Part shown: positions 14,169-26,126 of the stretch, one piece after another
Layout of the letters: each line of letters starts with the position of its first letter
Numbering within the stretch: the first letter of the stretch is position 1
Assembly: GCA_015680685.1 (NCBI GenBank)
Contig: MNCI01001197.1
Coordinates: 356,056 to 420,055, forward strand
DNA: 64,000 bases
Origin: Gnetum montanum
Taxonomy: Eukaryota; Plantae; Gnetophyta
Direction of reading: 5' to 3'
Translations under genes and position numbers: made by a program
The notes under the pieces: model-generated
Database searches by the model: none
What the model saw: only the letters and a program-made list of their open reading frames with translations
Told to the model about the DNA's origin: nothing

Positions 14169-15390
14169 TTTAAGTGTTTTAAAATGTTTTGATGTTTTGT
14201 GGGTTGTGGAGCCCTATTGTAATATTTTAATTAAATAATTTAAGATAGCTATTTTTATTATTTTCTAGAAAATTAACTATCTTTTTATAATACATGGATT
14301 TAGCATTTAAAGATGATTTAATATTGAAGTGAACCTGCTCCAATGTTATTACTATTAGAGCTTTATGTTGATTAAAGCTTTAAAGCTTTAGAGCTTTATG
14401 TTAGCTCTCTATTGATCATTTCTTGGATTTGGTTGAGGATTTTGTCTAGTTCAAATGAAATCTAAGAAGAAATAAGTTCAAGCACTAAATAGAGACATAG
14501 AGAGCATGAAGTCTACCTTCTAGATGATGGTTGTTTGGTTGGATGAAATCAATGCAAAGGTAGATAGAAATATTGGTCCTAGCCATATCCAGACATGCAA
14601 AGGTGATGAGCATGCACATTTATATGAAGAAGCTTCACAACTAGGTAGAGATGAAGTGATTGATGAGAAAGGAAAATCTAGCTATGGAAGTATAAGAAAT
14701 TATTAGCCAAGGATTCCAATTGAAGGAAATACTAATTCTTAGATGAGAATTTTGAGGGCTCCAATAGTGTTAACTTCTTCTCCTCCAAGAAAGCTTAAAG
14801 AGGAAGATGAGGCAAGGCTTGCTAAAGCATTTAGAAATGCTACAAGACTTTTGTACTTGGAGCTAAAGACTTTCAATGGTGTAGATGGCACCAATGCTTT
14901 TTCAATTTGTTTAAAGGTACTTGAAAAGCACTTTTAGTTGGAAGGTGATGAGCAATAGGGTACCCCTATGCCCAACCATATGAATACAAGCGTTCATGCA
15001 CGATCTGGTCGAACTCCAAGGATTAAGTGCTTATGCAGCTACACAAAACAAGGATGAGTTATGTAGTCATTGTCTTCCCAAACTTACTTGTAAGATACAA
15101 TTGTATGGTTAAGTAAACTCGAGGTATATGATTTTTTATGTTTTTTATATTTTCTATCTTGGTCTCCTAAGTGTGTGAAATGAAAAGATTTAGTTAACTA
15201 ATGGATTTTTATAACTCTAATGTAAATCAAATCCTAACACCAACATCTGTTCCCACTCTCTAGACACATCCTGAACCAGTGTAATACTACTAGGATTACC
15301 AAATGCTAGTCGTTACTAGGTTACCAAGTGTTCCACGTATGCTCGAAGTGGTCATGCTGAGTGTGCTAATTTGTTGATAATTAATAATTC

Positions 15391-16433
15391 TGATGAGTGG
15401 CGAGGTACCCCTACACTCAACCATATGAATACGAGCGTGCACGCACGATCCGGTCGAACTCTGCAAACTAAATGCCTTAACACCACAAGAAACACTTGGG
15501 GTTAATCATTCGTTGTCTTCCCAGGCTTGCTTGTAAGTGTCACGGTGTATGGTTAAGCAAGTCTGAGGTATGTGATTTTTTTGGTATTTTTCAGTTTATC
15601 TTCTATGCTATCAGAGGAAAGGGTTGAGAAACTAACTAACTCTAACTAATGTCCTAAGTCTAAATTAACTAGCGTCAGCATCCGTTCCCACTTACCGGAC
15701 ACACCCTGAACTATGCAACTGTGGCTTACCAAATGCTAATCGTTACTGGGATCACCACACGTAACGCAAGTGCTCGAAGTGGTCGTACTGAGGCACCTAT
15801 TTAGCTTAAGTGTGATAAGCAGCCGATTCCTTAGCTAGCCGTACACACCCGTGGGTGCTCGTAACTAAGTCGTACTTATCACACGTTCTAGCCTAGCAAT
15901 GAGTAGCTGATTCCTTGACTAGCCGTACACATTGGACTACCACTAGGATTATCAAGCGCAGAATCCTAGAATACGCTACTGGGTTACCAAGCAGCCAATG
16001 CTCGTAATCAAGTCGTACTCATGCGTTGTGCCAAGCAGCTGATTCCTTGACTAGCCATACACGTTCGTAGACGCTCGTAATCAAGTCGTACTTGTGCGCA
16101 CTAGGAAAATAGTAAATAAACAATAATAAAACCACATGCTGCAAGGTTTATCCAATCAAGTTCGTCTTTATTGCCGTACACAACTTGGGTTCAGGTTACA
16201 AGCTGCTCGAATAAAGAGCCGTTCACTCTAGGTCTCCTACTGTGGGTACATGGGGAAAAATTCTAACTCTAGAGTGATCAATCTGCCAGAGCTTCGCTAC
16301 TTCTAGCCAGGATTGGGAAATAAGGGGAGTGCCGCCTCTTATTTATAGATATGGCGGCAGACCGCGATATCGCGTATGCGATATCGCAGGGAAAGACGCG
16401 ATATCGCGGCACAGTGCATGTCACGTCTCATCA
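15391..16433 (-). repeat. 3' LTR (1043 bp)
   Basis: TGATGAG...ctcatCA, adjacent to the PPT (minus strand AGTCATGGGGGGTA, 16434-16447). Confidence 0.93.
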
Positions 16434-18302
16434 TACCCCCATGACTGAATGAAAACTCGTCCTCGAGTTCCTTACAATGATATCAGGTAGGTATGGGATT
16501 ATTAGGGGAAAAGGAACTAATGGGATGACATGTGAACGGTCTTTATTACAAGACTTGACAAGACTGGTATTCATGACAACAAGGGTGAACACCTTATTAC
16601 AATGACATCAGGCCACAGTTGGCAGCTGAGAGAAAAGAGGAGAGAGAATAGAAGAGAAGAAGAGAGAAGAGCCTTGTTGCTGCCAATGCCTAGATTGCGC
16701 CTTTTGTTGTCCATCCGTAAGTGCATTATCCATTCTACTCCTTGCATAGCGGCTTCACTGCTGCTCCACTCCAAGTGTTTGCTCCAGATCCATTCCGTTG
16801 TTATATGATGGCCATCTACACCCACAACACAATCATATATTAGCGAGGGTAATTGAATCATTAAGTAAATAATACCTTGCTTCAGTGTAAGTTCCTTGGC
16901 TAAGTTGTGGTATGGCTGATATGGATCTCAGAAAATGTATATGATGACTATCGAAGGGGTAGGGGTTAGGAAGAAAAACGAAAAAATTCGGGGCTTAGGA
17001 GAAAAATCGAAAAAGCAGGCCTCGTACCCCCATGACTAATTGCGAACCTCCGGTAGCGTTAGAATGGAGAAAGAAAAGGAGTAAGAAAGATAGGTAAAAA
17101 GGGACAACTATGGCATCGGTGAAGTGATGTCAAGATGGAAATGAACAAAAATATTAATTAATTGCAAAAATGTTAAGGGAAAGAAGTTAACTAATGTTCC
17201 AAATAGGAATGTCAGTGGGTCCTCCCCAAAGCAAGCTCATGCCCTTAATGCCCTGACAGTCCCACATTCAAAGAGTCTGTGGGCTCTGGGAATGTCCTTT
17301 GGAACAAGAGTTAAAGTCTTAACCGTAAGAATTTACCAAAAAGAAAACAAAGCATCAACCAAAATATATGCTAATGATACAACCGGAAGTGAGGTGAACA
17401 ATGGAGAGAAAGATGGAAAGAAGAGAAATGGAATGGAATCCCAAGAACAAGGTGGTGTGTAGCCCCTTGTGTGTTATATGATTAATGTGACTTGGCGAAT
17501 CTCATTCCAACTTAGGCCTCAAACCAACCACTTCCAGTGACTTCGCATCAATTTATTTGGTTAGACCATCCACTTGGAGAACAAGGATGCATCTTCAAAG
17601 AGCCACCACCATTCCGATGAAACAAAGGAAAGAATGGAAAGCGAGAAGGGCCTTAGTTAGAGGGAACACTTTGGTTCCATAACNNNNNNNNNNNNNNNNN
17701 NNNNNNNNNNNNNNNNNNNNNNNNNNNNNNNNNNNNNNNNNNNNNNNNNNNNNNNNNNNNNNNNNNNNNNNNNNNNNNNNNNNNNNNNNNNNNNNNNNNN
17801 NNNNNNNNNNNNNNNNNNNNNNNNNNNNNNNNNNNNNNNNNNNNNNNNNNNNNNNNNNNNNNNNNNNNNNNNNNNNNNNNNNNNNNNNNNNNNNNNNNNN
17901 NNNNNNNNNNNNNNNNNNNNNNNNNNNNNNNNNNNNNNNNNNNNNNNNNNNNNNNNNNNNNNNNNNNNNNNNNNNNNNNNNNNNNNNNNNNNNNNNNNNN
18001 NNNNNNNNNNNNNNNNNNNNNNNNNNNNNNNNNNNNNNNNNNNNNNNNNNNNNNNNNNNNNNNNNNNNNNNNNNNNNNNNNNNNNNNNNNNNAAGGGAAC
18101 TGTACATTTCCAAGCCAAGGGAAACCATAGACTTTGATGGATGGATGGATGAAGTGATCTCATTGTATGCCATATCAGAAGAAACATACCTTAGTATCAA
18201 CAATGTAACTTGAAGGTAAAAACCAAACATTAGCAATTAATGAAAAATAGTTCATCCCATCGGCCTGAACACTTATTGGGTGACGAATTTACATGATGGA
18301 TG

Positions 18303-18476
18303 ACACACACACACACACACACACAAAAACTAGAAAAATATAATGATGGTGTAAAACAAAAAACATCAAAAGTTAAAGAAAGTTGTAAAACAAAAAATTA
18401 GAAAAGTTAAAGAAATTTGTAAAACAAAAACGTGTAAAACAAAAACGTTGTAAAAAAAAATGTGTAAAACAAAAAC
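18303..18476. repeat. (AC)11 microsatellite followed by degenerate TGTAAAACAAAAA tandem repeats
   Basis: Directly visible. Confidence 0.85.
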
Positions 18477-18692
18477 TGAAAAAGAACTTAGGGCCCCATA
18501 TGGTTACCATAGGTGGCCATCTCCCCCATGACTGAGTTGTAAGGGAGAGATCCGAAATAGTGAGCGCCTATTTGAATTTCTAAGAAGTGCCCAACTTCTC
18601 CCAATTGATGATCTTAGATTCAGGGGTGGAAGTTGGCGATGCTCACGTTCCAATGAATTTATGCCACGATTGTTGGCATGAGTTTCCTCAGT

Positions 18693-19079
18693 TCATTCCA
18701 TGCATATTTGTTTGCCCCTACGAGAAGCTGTCAACCACTGGGTGTCTACTACTTCTTGTGTGGTTGCTACATACAGGCATCTTTGTTGCAGAGTTTCTTG
18801 GGCACACCTGTGACATGGAGACATTTCCTCCATGTCATCACCCGATGAATCACTATATGTGATGCATGGAACTATCCTCTTCTCGATTTTTCCACATATG
18901 TTTATCTTGGAGATTTCCAAGGAAAGATCGCGGATCCTAAGGCATGCGTCTACTGTGCTTAGCCATGCCCTTTCCATTATAATTGGGAAGTCCCCTTCAT
19001 TGTTGTTAACATCGATCACTAGAAAATCCATGGGGTAGGACCAACCACACACAGTGGTAATAACATCCTCCACCAATCC
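18693..19079 (-). pseudogene. C-terminal half of the aspartic protease plus linker
   Basis: VEDVITTVCGWSYPMDFLVIDV..FPIIMERAWLSTVDA, typical of the Athila protease. Homologous to 46320-46720 and 1-390. Confidence 0.85.
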
Positions 19080-19750
19080 NNNNNNNNNNNNNNNNNNNNN
19101 NNNNNNNNNNNNNNNNNNNNNNNNNNNNNNNNNNNNNNNNNNNNNNNNNNNNNNNNNNNNNNNNNNNNNNNNNNNNNNNNNNNNNNNNNNNNNNNNNNNN
19201 NNNNNNNNNNNNNNNNNNNNNNNNNNNNNNNNNNNNNNNNNNNNNNNNNNNNNNNNNNNNNNNNNNNNNNNNNNNNNNNNNNNNNNNNNNNNNNNNNNNN
19301 NNNNNNNNNNNNNNNNNNNNNNNNNNNNNNNNNNNNNNNNNNNNNNNNNNNNNNNNNNNNNNNNNNNNNNNNNNNNNNNNNNNNNNNNNNNNNNNNNNNN
19401 NNNNNNNNNNNNNNNNNNNNNNNNNNNNNNNNNNNNNNNNNNNNNNNNNNNNNNNNNNNNNNNNNNNNNNNNNNNNNNNNNNNNNNNNNNNNNNNNNNNN
19501 NNNNNNNNNNNNNNNNNNNNNNNNNNNNNNNNNNNNNNNNNNNNNNNNNNNNNNNNNNNNNNNNNNNNNNNNNNNNNNNNNNNNNNNNNNNNNNNNNNNN
19601 NNNNNNNNNNNNNNNNNNNNNNNNNNNNNNNNNNNNNNNNNNNNNNNNNNNNNNNNNNNNNNNNNNNNNNNNNNNNNNNNNNNNNNNNNNNNNNNNNNNN
19701 NNNNNNNNNNNNNNNNNNNNNNNNNNNNNNNNNNNNNNNNNNNNNNNNNN

Positions 19751-21648
19751 CTTGGATTTAATGCATACACCCCAGACTCCTGCAGATGTGAGATAATTGG
19801 ACAACATCCCTTAGGATGGTCATAGTAGCAGACCTCACATCCACCATCATCATCTGAATCAGAATTTATAGCCTCATCGGAGTTAAAAATATTTCCCTTA
19901 CCCTTGTTATGTGCAGGGTTAAAGTTTCTCCGCTTGAATTTTCCTTTGTCACTACTTTGCTCATCCTTAGACTCTTCTATGATTTTCAAGACTGTTTCTA
20001 TTTGTGAGTCTAAGGAATCCCACATTTGGTCTACCTTAACCGATACCTCCGTTGTTAACTTTTGGATCGGCACGGTTTTCCTGTTCACCAACTCTTCGAG
20101 TGGTGGCTCATCCTCCTCATCACAAAATTTTACTCCCTTCTTGTGAAGGGAGGGATCGCGGTTGTATTCCTCCGCACTTTCTCTCTTCCGTAGCTCACCC
20201 TCTTCTTGCGCTACTTGTTCCAACAAAACTTCAACTTCATGGGCTCTTAGTTGGGAAAGTCTCCCTTGGGCGTAAGTCCCAAGAGTCCTTCTCGTTTCAT
20301 TTCGTAGCCCATCCACGAGGTGGAGAAGTTGATCCCGTTTAGCGTACCCATGGCCCAGGCAATGATGTAGCAGTGCATAGTAACGGGCCATGGCAGCATC
20401 CAAGGATTCATGAGCACCTTGTTTCCAGCCTTGGATCTGCTTACGCAAGTTAGACACTCTGGAGTACGTCTGATATTTGTTGTTGAATAATTCAAGCATC
20501 GTACTCCACCTCCTGATGGTTTCCAGTTCTCAGGACTGGTACCAGCTCTCTGCTTCTTTAGTGAGTGTCCTTGGGAACAACTTGAGTTTCTGCCACTCAT
20601 TATCTATGTTCTGCAAGGCACAGGCATCGTGGAATGCCTGTAAATGATGCTGAGGATCAGCGTTGTATCCCCCTTCAAAACGTGGGATATTATTTATGTC
20701 CACATGCTTGATCCTACTATCCTTTAAATGCCTTGTGGGAATCCTAACTGCCTCTCTAATATCAAGCATACTTTAGGTTACGAATAGGGGTTCGTCATGA
20801 TCATCTCTTTCATGACGTCTGTGATACCTACGTGGTGGTTCCCTATTCTCCCTATGTCCTTGCCCTTGTCCTAACTCCTCTCGACCTTCCTATCGATGCA
20901 TTTCATCTCTTTTACCTTTACTCTCCGCATTATGCTCATGGTGGCTGCGCCCAGATGTGGAAGGAGAGGGTGAATGATGAGATGAAGGAGAAGAAGAAGG
21001 GGATCCATCACCATGGTGATGTTTCGTGCCTTCTCTTCGGCTACTTCGGCCCTGATCGTTGTGACGATCAACGAGTCCTTCATTAGTGTAAGCAATTGTT
21101 CCTACCGTGAACAGCTGGTGCTCACGGGGATCAGAGCCTGGAATATGTATCATTGATCTAAGGCCCTGATGCCTAACCTCTTCACTAGAGTGAGGAGGAG
21201 GAACATCATTTTCTAAAAAACCCATCATGAGGGGTTCCTCTTCTTCTATTTCACTAATGACGTGGGGAACCTTGTCCTTCAACAGTAAATTTTGGCTCTC
21301 CTACCTTGCATCCCGAATACGTTGGACATTTGAGGGCTGATAATCCCTTGTGTCATGGTCATCCAAAACGTATTCTGCGAACAGCTCATGCATGCCAATC
21401 TATGCTAAGGCATGGAAAAGCATGTTACGGGCAGATCTATCTGGGGGTAACACGATGTTACCTTGCATGTCTCTCCACTGCAGTTGCTCATCTTGATGGA
21501 AAACAAAGGTAAAATCCGGCACATACTCATCGGGATGAGTATATGTGACCTTAGATTGTTGAGGACATGGTTGATCTCGGTTATGCGTATGATGCTGACT
21601 TTCTCCTGTATTGTCCTTAGGTGAGTTGATTTCGTGAGAAGAAGCCAT
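19751..21648 (-). pseudogene. gag: Athila gag in a single frame with about 5 in-frame stops
   Basis: ORFs 21400-21648, 20890-21282, 20530-20769 and 19006-20499 share one frame. Motifs IPRFEG..DPQHHLQAF, KLKLFPRTLTKEAESWY, KQGAHESL and CEVCYYDHPKGCCP. Confidence 0.88.
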
Positions 21649-21774
21649 TTCTATTGGTGTGCTAATTTCACCGTTATTTATTGTTCTTGATTAACTGATT
21701 AACCCTAAGGTTCGTTTTAAGCTCACAACGATGTGAGTGATATCCCTTATGTTAAATTGGCGAAAAAACACTTA

Positions 21775-21794
21775 GTCCCCGGCAACGGCGCCAA
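21775..21794 (-). promoter_or_regulatory. PBS TGGCGCCGTTGCCGGGGA (tRNA-Asp type, characteristic of Athila)
   Basis: Reverse complement of tccccggcaacggcgccaa, adjacent to the 5' LTR. Confidence 0.9.
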
Positions 21795-22866
21795 TGATGA
21801 GTGGCGAGGTACCCCTACACTCCACCATACGAATACGAGCGTACACGCGCGATCCGGTCGAACTCCGCAGACTAAATGCCTTAACGCCACAAGAAACACT
21901 TGGGGTTAATCGTTCGTTGTCTTCCCAGGCTTGCTTGTATGTGTCACGGTGTATGGTTAAGCAAGTCTGAGGTATGTGATTTTTTTGGTATTTTCGGCTT
22001 ATCTTCTATGCTACCAGGAGAAAGGGTTGAGAAAACTAAACTAACTCTAACTAAGATCTAAGTCTAAATTAACTAGCGTCAGCATCCGTTCCCACTTGCC
22101 GGACACACCCTGAACTATGCAACTGCAGCTTACCAAACGCTAATCGTTACTGGGATCGCCACACGTAACGCAAGTGCTCGAAGTGGTCGTACTGAGGCAC
22201 CTATTTAGCCTACGTGTGATAAGCAGCCGATTCCTTAGCCAGCCGTACACACCCGTGGGTGCTCGTAACTAAGTCGTACTTATCACACGATCTAGCCTAG
22301 CAATGAGCAGCCGATTCCTCAACTAGCCGTACACATTAGACCCGGGAGTTACCAAGCGCAGAATCCTGGAATACGCTACTGGGTTACCAAGCATCCAATG
22401 CTCGTAATTGAGTCGTACTCATGCATTGCGTCAAGCAGCCGATTCCTTGACTAGCCGTACACGTCCGTAGACGCTCGTAATCAAGTCGTACTTGAACGCA
22501 CTAGAAAAGCAGGAAATAAAGCAATTAATAAAACCACGTGCTGCAAGGTTTATCCAATCAAGTTCGTCTTTATTGCCGTACACAACTTGGGTTCAGGTTA
22601 CAAGCTGCTCGAATAAAGAGCCGTTCACTCTAGGACTCCTACTGCGGGCACATGGGGAAAAATTCTAACTCTGGAGTGATCAATCTGCCAGAGCTTCGCT
22701 ACTTCTAGCCAGGATTGGGAAATAAGGGGAGTGCTGCCTCTTATTTATAGATATGGCAGTGGACCGCGATCTCGCGTACGCGATATCGCAGGGAAAGATG
22801 CGATATCGCGTACGCGATATCGCATGGGATGCGATATCGTGGCACAGTGCATGTCGTGTCTCATCA
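21795..22866 (-). repeat. 5' LTR (1072 bp) with a minus-strand TATA box (CTATAAATAAG, ~22740-22750) and a GCGATATCGC palindrome array in U3
   Basis: Aligns with 15391-16433. Confidence 0.93.
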
Positions 22867-23278
22867 AATTCTATAGAAATAACTTTGATTAACCAATGAG
22901 AGCATCAAATAACAATAAATAACATTAAATTCAATAGTTAAGCTATTCTGAATGTTGCAAGGTTTATCACAAAGTCAATCTTTATTTCTAGACACAAGGT
23001 GTTCTTAAGTACACAATGCTCAAATAAAGAGCCATTCACTCTATGACTCCTACTGTGGGCACTTAGAAATAATTCTAACTCTAGAAGAGAAAAACTGCAA
23101 GAGTTTAGCTACAGTACTAGAAAAATGCTATGCAAAACCAAGCACCCCTGTTTCTTATTTATAAACAATGAGATAGGCTCTGACATCGTGTGTCCAATGT
23201 GAAGGATTCAATGTTGCTTAGTCAATTCGATATCGCATATCTGATATCAGGTCGCTTTTTTGGTGACTCATCAAAAGG

Positions 23279-26126
23279 AAAACTGAATAACTTGAGGGTA
23301 CTTATTTTTTAATCCATATTAGAAGGTATGACTTCTACTTGGTGTAAAGAGTCCTAAGGTTATGAAGGATGAAATGGTCAATCCATCAGATATTGGAATT
23401 TGAAGAATTAGAGGTTGAAAAGAAGATTTGAACAATATCATTAGAGATAAGAGATCATTATGAAGTTAAAATTTCTAAGGTAAGGTAACATAGATGTTAA
23501 ATAATTCTACATTAAATTTTTTTTATCTATTCCATTAAGCTAAAGTAAATTGGAAGGATTATGAATAGGCTTCAATCTTCTTAGAAAGTCTCAAAATGAT
23601 GTATTGATAGGAGTCATCCTTCTATGAGCCACAAACTTTTAATAAGACTTAAGATTTGGTACTCAAGGTTGAAAAGAAATTAAGTGGATTTGGAAATAAG
23701 AGCAAATCATATTTCAAGGGAAAGGAGAAGGGATTCAAATCTGAGAAGGCATCCAAGTATAAATCTAAAGATAAGGATGGTAGCCATGACAAGAAGATTG
23801 AAGGAGATGATGAGAATCATAAAGACAAGAAGGACCAAGGTAAGGGAGACAAGGGTCAAGGTAGTAACTCATCAAAAATCTAGTGCTTCAAGAATGAAGA
23901 ATCGGGACAAGAAATGAGAATGTTTACTTTACAAAGTAGCTAAGATTAAATATTTTTAAACCATGGAGGTAGAGGAGACATCAAGCTGAGGTCTTTAGAG
24001 AGGTATCCTAATGCTATAAAAATTAAGTTTTTAAGTTAAATTCTTGTGCATTCATGGGAAATGTTAATAGATAAGATCATATATATAGAAAACTATTATT
24101 TCAAATTGGGGCTAGATGTTTACTTAGTGGGAAATGGATTCATATTTTGATTGATGAGGAAGCCCAAGAAAACATTATTTCTTCTAGGGCAGTCGCTAGA
24201 TTAGATTTGGTAACTAATATTCATTCTAGATCATATAATGTGCATTGGTTATCTAGAAATGTTTCCCAAGATGTAAGGAAACATTATACTTTGAAATTTA
24301 AAATTGGAGGTTTTCATGATGTTGTAAAGTGTGATGTCCTTCAAATAGATTATGCTAATGTAATTCTTGGTAGACCTTGGAATTTTGATAATGGTGCTTA
24401 GTTTTATGGAGCAAGAAATATGGGGAGTGCAACTAGACCTAATGGAATTCATGAGTTTCTTCCCATGATAGTTGAATAAATGAAGTAGCAAAGCTCACTA
24501 GATTCTTTCTTAATCCTTTTAGAAGAGGGAAAATACATTAAGGAACATGATGAAACAAGTTTTGGTTTTTTTTATAACAATAGTTGCTACTAATCATGAT
24601 GATGTGTAGGTTGAACTTCCTATAGGTGTACTAGGCTTAACAGAGAAAATTCCCAAGATATTTAAGGGAAAATTGGATCAATTATCACCAGTGAGAAATG
24701 TAGAACATCATGTTATTTTCATTCCTAATGCTACCATTCCAAACAAGAGAGCTTACCAAATAGGCCAAATTATCAAGCTAAATTGCAAAGCCAAGTAGAG
24801 GAGTTACTTACAAGTGGCTTCATGAGGAAATCCATTTCACCTTGTGTAGTTCTAGCAGTGCTCATGCCAAAGAAGAATAGTGATGAATGGAGGATGTGTA
24901 TTGATTCCAAGGCAATGAATAGGATAATAGTGAGGTATAGGTTTCTTATTCCAAGGATGAATGATATCCTTGATGTCCTTACCAATGCTAAAATTTTTAG
25001 AAAAATTGACTTGAAGAGTGAATACCATCAAATTAAAATTAGGCCTAGTGATGAATGAAAGAAAACTTTAAAGAAATTGAATGGATTTCTTGAGTGGTTG
25101 TTAAATGTGCCTACAATATTCATGAGGTTGATGCATGATGTATTAAATGATTTGATTGGTAAGTGTTGTATTATCTTTTTTGACAATATTTTGGTATATA
25201 GCTTTAATGAGGAAGAGTACTTGGATCACTTAAGGATGGTGTTTTTTAAGTTGAAGGAAGCACAATTGGTGATCAATGTGAAAAACATCATTTTTTCAAG
25301 AAGGAAATCATATATTTAGGGCATGTAATTTCTAGAAACCAAATTTGGATGGAAGATACTAAGGTAAAGGCTATTAGGGATTGACAAACTCCTAAGAATG
25401 TTGGGGAGGTAAGATCATTCCTTAGTTTAGTAGGTTTTTATAAATAGTTCATAAAAACATTTAGTGGTATTTAATGACCTATGTTTGCTTTTTTGAAGAA
25501 AAATAAAGAATTTAGGTAGGATAATGAATCCAAAGGGAGCTTTGACTTGTTGAAAGAAAATATTACTATTGAATTGCTACTTGCAATTCTAGATTTTTAG
25601 AAGCTTTTTAGGTGGAGGTGGATGTAAGTGGACTTTCCATTGATGGGGTACTTTCACAAGAAGATAGGCCTATTACTTTCTTTTTAAAAAAGTTAAATGC
25701 ATCAAGTAAAAAATATAGCACATATGAAAAGGAACTATATGCTATTCTTCAAGCAATTAAGGATTAGAGGTATTATTTATTGCCGAAGGAACTCACTTTG
25801 ATGATGGACCACAAAGCACTATAGTTTCTAAACTTTCAAAATAAGTTGAGTGCAAAGCATATGAAGTGGGTTGCTATAAGAATTTAATTTTATGTTAAAG
25901 TAAAAAAGTGGAAAGGTCAATGTGATGGTTAATGTGTTATCCAAGGTGCATATGGTTAATTTTAATGTACGTCATGTGAAAGACATGAATGATTTTTCTT
26001 CTTTGAATGAGCATGATATTGATTTTGGGTAGGTTTGGGGGAGCCTCAAAGAGCCATTAATGAGTAGGATAGACCAATGGAGGGACTATCATATTCAAAA
26101 TGAATTGTTATTTAAAAATGAAAAGG
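23279..26126 (+). pseudogene. gag-pol: CRM-like gag C-terminus, protease, RT, RNase H and INT start
   Basis: LIDEEAQENIIS..HSRSYNVHWL..VKCDVLQIDYANVILGRPW (CRM-type protease); SISPCVV..WRMCIDSKAMN..KIDLKSEYHQIKI and IIFFDNILVYS (RT); EVDVSG and YSTYEKELYAI (RH). Confidence 0.88.

Larger units (their letters stand above)
15391..22866 (-). mobile_element. Younger non-autonomous Athila-family LTR element (gag and protease only), TSD AATTC
   Basis: Highly similar LTRs; perfect TSD at 15386-15390 and 22867-22871; PBS and PPT on the minus strand; no RT, RH or INT. Confidence 0.93.
14946..23273 (-). mobile_element. Old Athila-family solo LTR (14946-15390 plus 22872-23273), split by the younger element
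   Basis: TGATGAG...ctcatCA termini; both halves are homologous to the 15391-16433 LTR. Flanks are GAAGG (14941-14945) and AAAGG (23274-23278). CRM gag continues across it. Confidence 0.85.
13392..26126 (+). mobile_element. Decayed CRM-like chromovirus (Ty3/gypsy), split by the 14946-23273 insertion and cut early in integrase
   Basis: An LTR-like block is followed by gag (14450-14945, resuming at 23279), protease, RT and RH in order. No 3' LTR is found in the window. Confidence 0.75.

Noticed and set aside
15390-15420. CTGATGAG resembling a hammerhead ribozyme core (retrozyme)
   Set aside because: The C belongs to the TSD and TGATGAG is simply the LTR terminus. The other copies lack the C, and no GAAA core follows stem II.
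15810-16100. Repeat-spacer pattern resembling a CRISPR array
   Set aside because: The context is a eukaryotic LTR, the 'spacers' are self-complementary stems of unequal length, and there are no cas genes.
16571-16861. 96-aa sense ORF with a hydrophobic tail near the 3' LTR
   Set aside because: The hydrophobic stretch derives from a CT-rich low-complexity tract, and no homolog is seen in copies 1 or 2.
17595-19807. Long ORFs full of X (also 62708-63641 and the tail of 59285-63565)
   Set aside because: Artefacts of translating through N gaps.
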